Assembly: GCA_964452155.1 (NCBI GenBank)
Contig: CAYVLC010000001.1
Location: forward strand, 1-46,018
DNA: 46,018 nucleotides
Reading direction: 5' to 3'
From: an uncultured Dysgonomonadaceae bacterium
GTDB taxonomy: Bacteria; Bacteroidota; Bacteroidia; Bacteroidales; Dysgonomonadaceae
The position numbers and the translations under genes are program-made. Below the pieces are notes generated by a model that was given only the letters and a program-made list of their open reading frames with translations, was not told where the DNA came from and did not search any database. Below are positions 36,442 to 45,998 of the stretch, in pieces. Numbering within the stretch: position 1 is the stretch's first letter; each line of letters begins with the position of its first letter.

Positions 36442-37131
36442 TTATTGAGTTATTTTGGTAATGGGAGTCAATTCAACTCTCTTGAACTCAATTTCAACTC
36501 CTTCAGATTGTAGTGCTATCTTGCCCTTACTAGAGGTGCAGTTGTATCCATAATTAACCAAAACGTCATTTAGCCACACTTTCACTTCATCTCCTACACT
36601 TTCAATTACCAGATTATTCCATTCTCCTGCAGGTTTTTCTGCATCAACTAATTTTGGGACGTTGCGTTGTTTGTCTGCCGTAGAGCCCCAGTTTTCTTTT
36701 GGCCCGCGTCTTTCTTCCATATTAGGTACTTCAATGTCTTCCTGAAAGCACCAGAAATCTCCAACATTTTCATGCATCATTTGCACTTCCAATGATTGAG
36801 GAAACAGGTCATTTACAGCACGCAGAGTAGATGAATGCAACATGACACCACCATTGCCAGCTTCTTTCGTAAAACGATATTCTATTTCAAATCGGTAGTT
36901 TTCGTATTCGGCATCAGTAATAATGTGTCCGAGAGGTGTTCCCAAAGTAACTAACATGCCATCTCGAATAATAAATGGATTGACTGCGTCTGCATTTGTG
37001 TCCATCTCTGGTACATCTATATGCCAACCGCTGAGGTCAGTTCCATTGATAAGGCTTTTGCTCTTTGGCTCTTGTTGTGTGCAAGCAGATAGCACAAGGA
37101 GTGAAAATAGGAGGAGTAAGTTAGTTTTCAT
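36442..37131 (-). CDS. DUF1080 (3-keto-disaccharide hydrolase family) lipoprotein, paralog 2
   Basis: The ORF starts at a TTG (37197) and is trimmed to the ATG at 37131 (MKTNLLLLFSLLVLSAC). It aligns without gaps to paralog 1, and both end in LTPITKITQ. Confidence 0.85.
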   Translation of the reverse strand: MKTNLLLLFSLLVLSACTQQEPKSKSLINGTDLSGWHIDVPEMDTNADAVNPFIIRDGMLVTLGTPLGHIITDAEYENYRFEIEYRFTKEAGNGGVMLHSSTLRAVNDLFPQSLEVQMMHENVGDFWCFQEDIEVPNMEERRGPKENWGSTADKQRNVPKLVDAEKPAGEWNNLVIESVGDEVKVWLNDVLVNYGYNCTSSKGKIALQSEGVEIEFKRVELTPITKITQ

Positions 37132-37356
37132 AAATGGGTTGTTTTGATATTTATTGTTTTTAAATTTAATTGATTTATTATGAACAAATGAGTGCAACTA
37201 ATGCCGTACTTTGCAGGCAATTGTTTCTTTATTTAAATAAGATACTCTCAGGAGTAATGTGCTGCTTTGCGATTAAATTATAGAAAGAGGGGTTGAAAAC
37301 TATTGCGTGCAACGCCTCCTTTTATAACAGAATTGTAAAGCAACTTGTATTGGTAA

Positions 37357-37364
37357 CAAATATA
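37357..37364 (-). promoter_or_regulatory. Possible -7 box (TATATTTG on the minus strand) upstream of the DUF1080 genes
   Basis: Plus-strand CAAATATA. It lies about 225 nt upstream of the ATG at 37131, so the assignment is weak. Confidence 0.3.
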
Positions 37365-37483
37365 TACAATATCTATCGAAACTGGAAGCTTTTGCTACTA
37401 TTTATAAATAGAATGAATTGCAGGTTTTCGTAAAGGTTGATTTTTGAATTGCTCTTTTCATGCATTTTAGCAAAAGAAATAAA

Positions 37484-37513
37484 TAAGATAAGTGCATGTA
37501 AGATAAGTGCATG
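37484..37513. repeat. Perfect 15-bp tandem duplication (TAAGATAAGTGCATG x2)
   Basis: Read directly: 37484-37498 equals 37499-37513. Confidence 0.9.
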
Positions 37514-37543
37514 TTTTACTCGAGATTCTGAAGTGGGCATTAA

Positions 37544-37580
37544 ATAAAAAAACGTCGTAATCAATGATTACGACGTTTGC
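37544..37580 (-). terminator. Rho-independent terminator after tRNA-Leu
   Basis: AAACGTCGTAATCA / TGATTACGACGTTT palindrome, followed on the minus strand by a T-run (7 further T residues). Confidence 0.85.
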
Positions 37581-37605
37581 TCAGAAGGCTTAAAGCTTCA
37601 TGTTG

Positions 37606-37687
37606 TGCGGCTGAAGGGACTCGAACCCCCACGACTCGCGTCACTAGATCCTAAGTCTAGCGCGGCTACCAATTACGCCACAGCCGC
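37606..37687 (-). tRNA. tRNA-Leu (anticodon UAG)
   Basis: The reverse complement folds as a class II cloverleaf. The parts are acceptor GCGGCTG/CAGCCGC plus discriminator A, anticodon stem CTAGA/TCTAG with loop CTTAGGA, a long variable arm TGACGCGAGTCGT, and a T-loop TTCGAGT. CCA is not encoded. Confidence 0.9.
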
Positions 37688-37698
37688 AAAAAGCGATG

Positions 37699-37706
37699 CA
37701 AAGATA
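37699..37706 (-). promoter_or_regulatory. -7 box (TATCTTTG on the minus strand) for tRNA-Leu
   Basis: Plus-strand CAAAGATA ending 11 nt upstream of the mature tRNA 5' end. Confidence 0.6.
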
Positions 37707-37795
37707 GTATATTTTTTTTATACCAAACAAATTATGAGTCTTTTTTCTTCAAAAAGCAGAGTTTTTTGTTCTGAAGCTTCAAAAGTCTATTGAAA

Positions 37796-38389
37796 TTAGT
37801 TCTTTTTCAGCAAAAACTCTTCTTCACGAAGTATCACTTCTTCTATTACACGTGGAAAATGAGCATACTCTAGTTGATGTACTTTTGCTGCAACATCTTT
37901 ATAGGTATCTTCGGGAAGGATGGGACATGTTTCTTGAAAAATGATTTTACCATCGTCATACTTTTCATTTACATAGTGTATTGTGATACCAGATTTTGAG
38001 TCGCCCATTTCAATTACTTTTTTGTGCACTCTATCTCCGTACATGCCTTTGCCTCCATGTTTGGGTAAGAGAGCGGGGTGTATATTTATAATTCTATTGG
38101 GGTAGGTTTCTATTAATGTTGCTGGCACTTTCAGCAGAAAGCCTGCCAGAATGATATAGTCTATATTATAGTCTGACAAGAGCTTCAAAAGCTGCGAGCC
38201 TTCTATTATTTCTTCTTTAGTGAAACTGTAAGAGGGTATCTCTAAAGCTTTTGCACGTTGGTGAACGTAAGCATTTTGTTTGTTAGATATTACCAGCGAT
38301 ACATTAATTTGATTACTTTTGTAGAAATACCTGGCAATATTTTCGGCATTTGTGCCGTTACCCGATGAGAAAAGAGCGATATGTGTCAT
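37796..38389 (-). CDS. purN: Phosphoribosylglycinamide formyltransferase
   Basis: 197 aa with IALFSSGNGTNAENI and NIHPALLPKHGG motifs. Confidence 0.9.
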   Translation of the reverse strand: MTHIALFSSGNGTNAENIARYFYKSNQINVSLVISNKQNAYVHQRAKALEIPSYSFTKEEIIEGSQLLKLLSDYNIDYIILAGFLLKVPATLIETYPNRIINIHPALLPKHGGKGMYGDRVHKKVIEMGDSKSGITIHYVNEKYDDGKIIFQETCPILPEDTYKDVAAKVHQLEYAHFPRVIEEVILREEEFLLKKN

Positions 38390-38539
38390 AAAAACTTTGA
38401 TTTTTGCACAAAAAACTCAAAATTGTGCACTTATATTGAAATTGTAAGATGAAAATTTGCGTTATTCAATAAAAAATGATTTACTTTGCATCGCAAAATT
38501 AGGAATAAAAATTTATTTATTTAATTAATATCAAAAATT

Positions 38540-38776
38540 ATGTCTGAAACAGCATCAAGAGTAAAAGCAATTATCGTTGATAAATTAGGCGTTGAAGAAT
38601 CTGAAGTTACCAACGAAGCAAGCTTCACAAACGATTTAGGAGCAGATTCATTAGACACTGTAGAATTGATTATGGAATTTGAAAAAGAATTCAATATTTC
38701 AATTCCAGATGATAAAGCCGAAAAGATTTCGACTGTAGGCGATGCCGTTCTTTATGTAGAAGAGCACGCAAAATAA
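38540..38776 (+). CDS. acpP: Acyl carrier protein
   Basis: 78 aa with the [11 protein letters not shown] phosphopantetheine attachment motif. Confidence 0.95.
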   Translation: MSETASRVKAIIVDKLGVEESEVTNEASFTNDLGADSLDTVELIMEFEKEFNISIPDDKAEKISTVGDAVLYVEEHAK

Positions 38777-38795
38777 ATATCCATTAAATAATTAT

Positions 38796-40058
38796 ATGGA
38801 ATTAAAAAGAGTAGTAGTAACAGGTCTGGGAGCTCTCACTCCAATTGGCAACAGCGTTGAAGAAACGTGGCAAAATGCCGTTGCGGGTAAAAGTGGCGCC
38901 GGGCCTATTACTTTGTTCGATGCATCATTATTTAAGACGCAATTCGCTTGCGAAGTTAAGAATTTTGATCCACTCGATTTTTTCGATAGAAAAGAAGCAA
39001 GAAAACACGACCGATATTCTCAATTTGCAATTGCTGCCGCAAAAGAAGCAATAGAAGACTCTGGCTTAGATTTCGAAAAGGAAAACTTAGACAGAATTGG
39101 AGTTATTTTTTCGGCAGGTATTGGTGGTATTAAAACCTTTGAAGAGGAAGTAGGAAATTACGCAAAAAACAAAGAAAAGGGGCCTAGATTTAATCCATTT
39201 TTCATTCCGAAAATGATAGCAGATATTGCCACAGGGCATATCTCTATGATTTATGGACTGCGTGGTCCTAACTATGCCACAGTCTCTGCCTGTGCTTCAT
39301 CTACAAACGCCATAGCTGATGCTTACAACCTAATTAGATTGGGCAAAGCAAATGCTTTTGTTACAGGTGGTGCCGAAGCAGCTATAACAGATGCCGGAGT
39401 AGGTGGGTTTAATGCTATGCATGCAATTTCCACTCGCAACGAGTCGCCAGAGACGGCCTCGAGACCTTTTAGTAAAAGTCGCGATGGTTTTGTAATGGGC
39501 GAGGGGGCGGCTTCTCTTATTCTAGAAGAGTACGAGCATGCCAAGGCTCGCGGAGCTAAAATATATGCAGAGGTTTTAGGATCGGGGATGTCTGCCGATG
39601 CTTATCATCTTACTGCCTCGCACCCCGATGGTGTAGGCGCTAAGCTAGTGATGAGAAACGCATTAGAAGATGCAGAAATAGAGCCTCAAGAAATTGATTA
39701 TATCAATGTGCACGGCACTGCTACCCCTGTAGGAGATATTTCGGAAACGAAAGCTATACTAGAAGTTTTTGGTGAACATGCATATAATTTGAATATAAGT
39801 TCAACTAAATCTATGACTGGTCATTTGCTTGGTGCAGCTGGAGCAATTGAAGCTCTGTTTTGCGTTTTAGCAATAAGAGATCAAGTTGTGCCTCCAACCA
39901 TCAACTTTGAAGAAGGCGACGAAGATCCAGAAATTGATTATAACCTAAATTTCACATTCAATAAATCGCAGAAAAGAGATATACGCATGGTGCTATCCAA
40001 TACTTTTGGATTTGGTGGCCATAATGCAAGCGTTATTTTCAAGAAATACACAGACTAA
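38796..40058 (+). CDS. fabF: 3-oxoacyl-ACP synthase II
   Basis: 420 aa with the active-site Cys (SACASS), HGTATPVGD, GHLLGAAG and a FGFGGHNAS C-terminus. It follows acpP. Confidence 0.95.
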   Translation: MELKRVVVTGLGALTPIGNSVEETWQNAVAGKSGAGPITLFDASLFKTQFACEVKNFDPLDFFDRKEARKHDRYSQFAIAAAKEAIEDSGLDFEKENLDRIGVIFSAGIGGIKTFEEEVGNYAKNKEKGPRFNPFFIPKMIADIATGHISMIYGLRGPNYATVSACASSTNAIADAYNLIRLGKANAFVTGGAEAAITDAGVGGFNAMHAISTRNESPETASRPFSKSRDGFVMGEGAASLILEEYEHAKARGAKIYAEVLGSGMSADAYHLTASHPDGVGAKLVMRNALEDAEIEPQEIDYINVHGTATPVGDISETKAILEVFGEHAYNLNISSTKSMTGHLLGAAGAIEALFCVLAIRDQVVPPTINFEEGDEDPEIDYNLNFTFNKSQKRDIRMVLSNTFGFGGHNASVIFKKYTD

Positions 40059-40060
40059 AT

Positions 40061-40894
40061 GTGATAAAAAAATTATACAGAAAGATAAGGGCTATTCCTA
40101 GAAAAGGGAAAGAGCCCTATCTTACATTCTATAAGATAGTAGGATTTTATCCTCACGATATCTCTTTATACCAGCAAGCAGTTGCACACAAATCATCTTC
40201 TATACGCTTAAATAACGGTAAGTGGGTAAATAATGAGCGTCTGGAATTTTTGGGCGATGCAATACTTGACGCTATCATAGCGGATATATTGTACAAAGAG
40301 TTCGAAAATAAAAAGGAAGGTTTCCTTACCAACATGCGTTCTCGCATTGTACAACGCGAGACAATGAATAAAATGGCTGTTGAGCTGGGCCTCGAAAATC
40401 TATTAGTAACATCTACTCGCAATGTGGCACACAACACCAATATGTATGGCGATGCCCTTGAAGCACTTATTGCGGCTATTTATTTAGATCAAGGGTACAG
40501 AGTAGCCAAACAATTTGTATTTCAAACTCTTATAGAGAAACATCTCGACTTTGAAGATGTGGTGAAAACCGAGATAGATTTTAAATCAAGACTGATAGAA
40601 TGGGGGCAGAAATACAAACTAGATGTTAGATTTGACCTCATAGATTCTTACTATGACAATGAACACAATCCGATATTTCATTCAAGTGTTTTGATAGCAA
40701 ATATTGAATCGGGTATTGGTGTTGGATATTCAAAAAAAGAATCACATCAGAAAGCTGCCGAAAAAGCACTTAAACTTATTGACGAAGACATAGATTTTCA
40801 GAACAAACTATTGAGTACAGCAGACACGAAAGAGTCTTCGGAAAATGACAAGGATGTAATAGTTGTACCTGTTAAGAGCGACGATCCAGTATAA
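40061..40894 (+). CDS. rnc: Ribonuclease III
   Basis: 277 aa with a GTG start 2 nt after the fabF stop. It has the ERLEFLGDAILD signature and a C-terminal dsRBD plus an acidic tail. Confidence 0.88.
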   Translation: MIKKLYRKIRAIPRKGKEPYLTFYKIVGFYPHDISLYQQAVAHKSSSIRLNNGKWVNNERLEFLGDAILDAIIADILYKEFENKKEGFLTNMRSRIVQRETMNKMAVELGLENLLVTSTRNVAHNTNMYGDALEALIAAIYLDQGYRVAKQFVFQTLIEKHLDFEDVVKTEIDFKSRLIEWGQKYKLDVRFDLIDSYYDNEHNPIFHSSVLIANIESGIGVGYSKKESHQKAAEKALKLIDEDIDFQNKLLSTADTKESSENDKDVIVVPVKSDDPV

Positions 40895-40960
40895 AAAATA
40901 TAAGATGCAAAGATAGCTTCCTGCTTTTGAATCCTTTTCCTTTGCATGTAACAAAACAAG

Positions 40961-40995
40961 AAAAACTACCTTTCTTTATGAGAAAGGTAGTTTTT
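40961..40995. terminator. Bidirectional rho-independent terminator (rnc / pfkA)
   Basis: Perfect 15-bp stem AAAAACTACCTTTCT / AGAAAGGTAGTTTTT with a 5-nt loop. The T-rich stem ends run into T-rich sequence on both strands. Confidence 0.85.
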
Positions 40996-41058
40996 CTTAT
41001 TTATATACAGATGTATGCATTTATTTACCAACGGTGTCAAATCAATATAACATATAGG

Positions 41059-42084
41059 CTAATCCTCGGCTATTCCAAATGAAATGCCAATTCTCTTACC
41101 TTGAATAATTAAGTTATCGTTTGGTTTTACCAAACGCAATTTACCTGCCACTTCAGATAATGGTACATCACTTATACCACGACCTTTCACAGAAACCATT
41201 CGGCCAAACCTTCCCTCATGAATAAGCTGAGTAGCATGCCCACCCAGCTCTGTTCCAAGTGTTCTATCGAAGGGCGAAGGGGAACCACCTCTTTGAACAT
41301 AGCCTAGCACTGTTTCGCGAGTTTCTATGCCTGTTTCTTTTTCAATGTGATGTGCAAAAAAACTAGCAGGACGCATTTTGCTACCATGTATTTCTACACC
41401 CTCGGCAACTGCTACAATTGAGTAGGGTTTTCCCACTTCAAGACGCTGCTTTATTTTATCAATAACAACTTTCATATTGTATCCCAATTCGGGAAGAATT
41501 ATAATGTCTGCACCACCGGCCATGCCGCTATGAAGTGCTATCCACCCTGCATGGTGTCCCATTGTTTCAATTACCATTACTCTTCGGTGTGAGCTTGCAG
41601 TAGAGTGCAACCTATCTATAGCTTCAGTAGCTATACCAACAGCTGTGTCAAAACCAAACGTTATGTCGGTTCCGTATATATCGTTATCGATAGTTTTTGG
41701 AACACCTACCACATTCAATCCCATTTCAGAAAGCATCCATGTGGTGCGTTGTGTACCGTTGCCACCAATACATACCAAGCAATCAAGCCCTAGTTCATGG
41801 TATGCTTTTTTTATTGTTTTACGATCCTCTTCATCAGGCGATGTAATCATTTTTCGGAATACTTTTTCTCTCGCTGTACCTAGAATAGTTCCACCAAGAT
41901 TTAGAATTCCTGAGAGAGAGCGCTCTGTAAGTGTGGAAGTGTCTTTGTGTAATAATCCTGAAAAGCCATTGTGAATGCCAATCACTTCCATGCCGTAATG
42001 ATTGATTGCTGTTTTACCAACTCCTCTGATGGTTGCATTTATGCCGGGGCAGTCGCCACCTGATGTAAGAATTCCGATTTTCAT
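41059..42084 (-). CDS. pfkA: 6-phosphofructokinase
   Basis: 341 aa with IGILTSGGDCPGINA, GVPKTIDND and MGHHAGW motifs. The phosphoryl donor (ATP or PPi) cannot be decided by eye. Confidence 0.88.
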   Translation of the reverse strand: MKIGILTSGGDCPGINATIRGVGKTAINHYGMEVIGIHNGFSGLLHKDTSTLTERSLSGILNLGGTILGTAREKVFRKMITSPDEEDRKTIKKAYHELGLDCLVCIGGNGTQRTTWMLSEMGLNVVGVPKTIDNDIYGTDITFGFDTAVGIATEAIDRLHSTASSHRRVMVIETMGHHAGWIALHSGMAGGADIIILPELGYNMKVVIDKIKQRLEVGKPYSIVAVAEGVEIHGSKMRPASFFAHHIEKETGIETRETVLGYVQRGGSPSPFDRTLGTELGGHATQLIHEGRFGRMVSVKGRGISDVPLSEVAGKLRLVKPNDNLIIQGKRIGISFGIAED

Positions 42085-42197
42085 GTGATTATATTTTAAT
42101 AATTATTGATTATTTACAAAGTAAATAAATAAAATGATTATATAAAAGTTTTTAGGCCTTTTGATGTTCCTTGATGTCAATTTTACCCAAAGCTGCA

Positions 42198-43328
42198 TTA
42201 CTTAGAATGAAGATCATAGATTAATTTTGCTGCTTTTTTAGAAGCATTTTCTGTGCCTATGATTTCTTGAATCTTTTGATATTCGCTTAGCATATTTTGT
42301 CTATACTCAGCATCGAAGAGCAGCATTTCGGTTTCGTCGTGAATGTTTTCCACAGTAAAAAACTTTGCAAATAGCTCTCGTACTACTTCTTTGCCAGCAA
42401 TTAGATTTACCAACGAAATGTAGGGTGTATGTAATAGATTTTTGAATCCCCAATAAGCAATTTTTGGCATTGGAGTTTTGTAGCACACCACTTGTGGTAC
42501 ATTTAGCAAAGCAGTTTCTAGGGTTGCAGTTCCTGATGTTACTAGGGCTACATTTGCTTGTGTGAGTATGTTATAGGTTTGACCAAATATTAGTGTTGCA
42601 TTCCTCTCGGAAAGACTTTTATTGTAAAACTCTTTCTCGATTCCTGGAGCTCCTGCTACAACCACCTGGTGGCTTTTGAATACTTCAATTGCATCTAACA
42701 TAGATGGCAGATTGTCTTCTATCTCTTGCTTTCTGCTTCCTGCTAATATGGCAATAATAGGTTTGTTTGACAGATCATTTAATTTTACAAACTCTTGGAA
42801 AGTTTGTTTACTATCTTTTCTTTTTCTTATTGCATCAACAGTTGGGTTGCCTACATAATGGACCGGATAGTTATGTTTTTTATAGAAGTCAACCTCAAAT
42901 GGCAGTATGCAAAGCATCTGATCTACGTATTTCTTGAATGCTTTGATACGATATTCTTTCCATGCCCAAATTTTTGGAGATATGTAGTAGGCAACCGGTA
43001 TGGTAGTATTGAGCTTTAGATACTTTGCAATTTTTAAATTAAATCCAGGGTAGTCAACAAGAATCACTACATCGGGTGAGAACCTTACAATGTCCTTTTT
43101 ACAAATCTCAAGGTTGCGTAAAATGGTTTTAAGATTTAGCAATACCGGAATAAAGCCCATATAGGCAAGCTCTCGATAATGTTTTACCAATGTTCCTCCA
43201 ACCTGTTGCATTAGGTCGCCGCCAAAAAAACGAAAATCAGCATTTTCATCTTTTTCTTTTATTGCTTGCATCAAGTTTGATGCATGCAAATCTCCGGAAG
43301 CTTCTCCTACAATAAGATAATATTTCAT
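42198..43328 (-). CDS. lpxB: Lipid-A-disaccharide synthase
   Basis: 376 aa with the N-terminus MKYYLIVGEASGDLHASNL and a GT19 pattern. Confidence 0.9.
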   Translation of the reverse strand: MKYYLIVGEASGDLHASNLMQAIKEKDENADFRFFGGDLMQQVGGTLVKHYRELAYMGFIPVLLNLKTILRNLEICKKDIVRFSPDVVILVDYPGFNLKIAKYLKLNTTIPVAYYISPKIWAWKEYRIKAFKKYVDQMLCILPFEVDFYKKHNYPVHYVGNPTVDAIRKRKDSKQTFQEFVKLNDLSNKPIIAILAGSRKQEIEDNLPSMLDAIEVFKSHQVVVAGAPGIEKEFYNKSLSERNATLIFGQTYNILTQANVALVTSGTATLETALLNVPQVVCYKTPMPKIAYWGFKNLLHTPYISLVNLIAGKEVVRELFAKFFTVENIHDETEMLLFDAEYRQNMLSEYQKIQEIIGTENASKKAAKLIYDLHSK

Positions 43329-43378
43329 AGGTGTTCAGATTTTCACTAAAAGTTTGTTCAATGTGCAAAAGATCAATT

Positions 43379-44158
43379 TTAATCAGTAGTAATATCTTGT
43401 TCCCAATGCTTTAGTTGGTCTATTGTTTTATAATGAGTCATATCTATTTTTACTGGAACTACTGCAGCATATCCATTCGTTAAAGCCCACTCGTCGCTAT
43501 TCTTGTTTTCTTCTTCCCAATTATCAAAATATCCTCGCAACCAAAATACATCTCTTTGTGCAGCATCTTTAGATGCGTAATACTCATTGCTCCATTTGCC
43601 TTTTGTTTGAGAGGCCATCCGGACACCTTTGACCTCCCCTTTTGGTACATTTACATTTAAGCAAACCCCTTTTGGTAGTTTTTCTTTCCATACTTTTTCA
43701 GCAATTTTAGTTGCTATTTCACCACTTAGAGAGAAGTCTGCCTCAGGGCCAAAGTCGCACAAGGAGATACCCACCGAGGGTATTCCAAAAATGCAACCCT
43801 CTATGGCAGCTCCCATTGTACCTGAATAAAGTACGCTAATGGCAGCATTTGATCCATGATTGATTCCCGAGAAAATCATATCGGGTTTTTTATCTAATAC
43901 ATTCATTGCCAGTTTCACACAATCTACAGGGGTGCCATTGCAAACGTAAGTAGTAACATTGTCTTCTTCTTTGTATAAAAAATAGCGCAATGGATTGATT
44001 GATGTAATAGCACTTGACATACCCGATTGGGGTTGGTCTGGTGCAAAAACTATAATATCTGCTATGTCTTTAAGATAGGCAGTAAGTGTGCGTATTCCTT
44101 TTGCTCTAAATCCATCATCGTTTGTGATAAGGATGAGTGGTTTTGTATTTTTGTCCAT
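43379..44158 (-). CDS. surE: 5'/3'-nucleotidase SurE
   Basis: 259 aa with ILITNDDGFRAKGI and SGINHGSN motifs. Confidence 0.92.
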   Translation of the reverse strand: MDKNTKPLILITNDDGFRAKGIRTLTAYLKDIADIIVFAPDQPQSGMSSAITSINPLRYFLYKEEDNVTTYVCNGTPVDCVKLAMNVLDKKPDMIFSGINHGSNAAISVLYSGTMGAAIEGCIFGIPSVGISLCDFGPEADFSLSGEIATKIAEKVWKEKLPKGVCLNVNVPKGEVKGVRMASQTKGKWSNEYYASKDAAQRDVFWLRGYFDNWEEENKNSDEWALTNGYAAVVPVKIDMTHYKTIDQLKHWEQDITTD

Positions 44159-44230
44159 AATTTATAAATTTCAATTTATACAAAAATAGTAATTTATACT
44201 CAGCTTACTTTGTCTGTAAGTGTTATATAT

Positions 44231-44277
44231 TGGTTAAATCAAGATAAATAGGAACTAATGGTTAAATCAAGATAAAT
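44231..44277. repeat. Perfect 19-bp direct repeat TGGTTAAATCAAGATAAAT x2 (28-bp period)
   Basis: 44231-44249 equals 44259-44277. The repeat lies in the divergent surE / alkaline phosphatase intergenic region. Confidence 0.9.
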
Positions 44278-44363
44278 GTGCCCTTTATATATTAAAACGA
44301 TTACCTTGTTTCAAAAAAAAATGTACCTTTAATCTCACGTAAATAACTTAAATAATTAACAAA

Positions 44364-45998
44364 ATGAAAAAAACAAATTTCTTATTGCTATTTATATTTT
44401 TCGCATCATTTCTTTTTGCTAGAGAAGTAAAACCTGTGAAGAATGTAATACTTATGATTCCAGATGGTACATCCATAGGAGTATATTCATCAGCACGGTG
44501 GTACAAAATTTATAATAATATGGGAGATGGTCTTCATGTCGACCCTTATTTCACAGGAACTGTTTCTACATTTTCTTCCAATGCTCCTATTGGAGACTCG
44601 GCACCTACAACATCGTGCTACATGACTGGTGTTCCCTCGCGTACCGGCCACGTGTCTATATATCCTGTTCACGATCCTGAAAACGATTTGTATCCTCTTG
44701 ATTCAACAATGGCTTATCAGCCTCTTGCAACTATTCTTGAAGCATCGCGCATAGAAAACAATAAAGCTACAGGACTGGTGGTAACGTGCGAGTTTCCGCA
44801 TGCAACACCAGCAGACTGTGCCGCACATCATTACAATAGAGGCAACTACAAACAAATAGCACCGCAAATGGCCTATCAGAATTTGGATGTTATGTTTGGT
44901 GGAGGAAATAACTTTTTGACTGACGATATAAAACAACACTTCAAAAATACAGGTACAGCACTCATACAGAACGATAGAGATGCAATGCTAAATTATAAGG
45001 GCGACAACCCAGTGTGGGCACTTTACAATGATAAGGCTTTGCCTTATGACCTTGACCGTGATCCAGAAGTGATACCATCATTGTCTGAAATGACACAAAA
45101 AGCATTAGAAATACTTTCAAAGAAAGAAAATGGTTTCTTTTTAATGGTAGAAGGTAGTCAAGTAGATTGGGCTGCTCATGGCAACGATCCGGTAGGAATA
45201 ATTACAGAATACCTTGCTTTTGATGAAGCTGTAGCCAAGGCTATTGAATTTGCTAAAAAAGATGGCGAAACTGCTGTTGTAATTCTTTCTGATCATGGTA
45301 ATAGCGGAATCACTATTGGTAAGAATGAATGTAAAGGATACGACAAACTAACAATACATGAACTATTTGGAGAGGTTTCTAAATACAAAAATACAGCATC
45401 GGGTATTGAGCAAAAGCTAATAAATGTAGCTCCCGAAGATATGAAGGCTGAGTTTAAAAAACATACCGATATTGATCTTACGGATGATGAGTTGAAGAGC
45501 TTGCTATCATCTAAGAATTATAAAGAGGGAAACTATATGGAGGTTGCAAACAGTCCGAACATGACAAACAATATTGTTACATTAATGAATTCGAGAATGT
45601 GTTTTGGTTTTACAACAGGTGGGCATACTGGCGAAGAGGTATTGCTTGCAGCATATCATCCCAATGGAGATGTGCCAATGGGGCATCTTAAGAATACTGA
45701 GATTAATGATTATTTATTTGAAGTGTCTGGATTGAAGACTCCACTTCCTGAAATGACTCAACGTATTTTTGCAAAACACTTTGAAGTGTTTGCAGACATG
45801 AAATACTCAATTGAAGGTAAAGATTCTGATATACCAGTCTTGGTTGTAAAAAACAAAAAGAACACCCTGCGAGTGCCTGCTTTCTCTTCGGTAGCAGAGC
45901 TCAATGGTAAATCGTTTGATATAGGATCGGTGACTGTTTATATCGATAAGAATGAAACATTTTATTTGCCTAAGAACTTGGTCGATAAACTGAGATAA
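44364..45998 (+). CDS. Alkaline phosphatase (PhoA family), secreted
   Basis: 544 aa with a signal peptide, a nucleophile region (GDSAPTTS), QVDWAAHGND, LSDHGN and GGHTGEEV metal-site strings. Confidence 0.85.
   Translation: MKKTNFLLLFIFFASFLFAREVKPVKNVILMIPDGTSIGVYSSARWYKIYNNMGDGLHVDPYFTGTVSTFSSNAPIGDSAPTTSCYMTGVPSRTGHVSIYPVHDPENDLYPLDSTMAYQPLATILEASRIENNKATGLVVTCEFPHATPADCAAHHYNRGNYKQIAPQMAYQNLDVMFGGGNNFLTDDIKQHFKNTGTALIQNDRDAMLNYKGDNPVWALYNDKALPYDLDRDPEVIPSLSEMTQKALEILSKKENGFFLMVEGSQVDWAAHGNDPVGIITEYLAFDEAVAKAIEFAKKDGETAVVILSDHGNSGITIGKNECKGYDKLTIHELFGEVSKYKNTASGIEQKLINVAPEDMKAEFKKHTDIDLTDDELKSLLSSKNYKEGNYMEVANSPNMTNNIVTLMNSRMCFGFTTGGHTGEEVLLAAYHPNGDVPMGHLKNTEINDYLFEVSGLKTPLPEMTQRIFAKHFEVFADMKYSIEGKDSDIPVLVVKNKKNTLRVPAFSSVAELNGKSFDIGSVTVYIDKNETFYLPKNLVDKLR

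Noticed and set aside
37605-37793. 62-aa plus-strand ORF
   Set aside because: It overlaps the minus-strand tRNA-Leu gene and its promoter. The translation simply reads through tRNA sequence.
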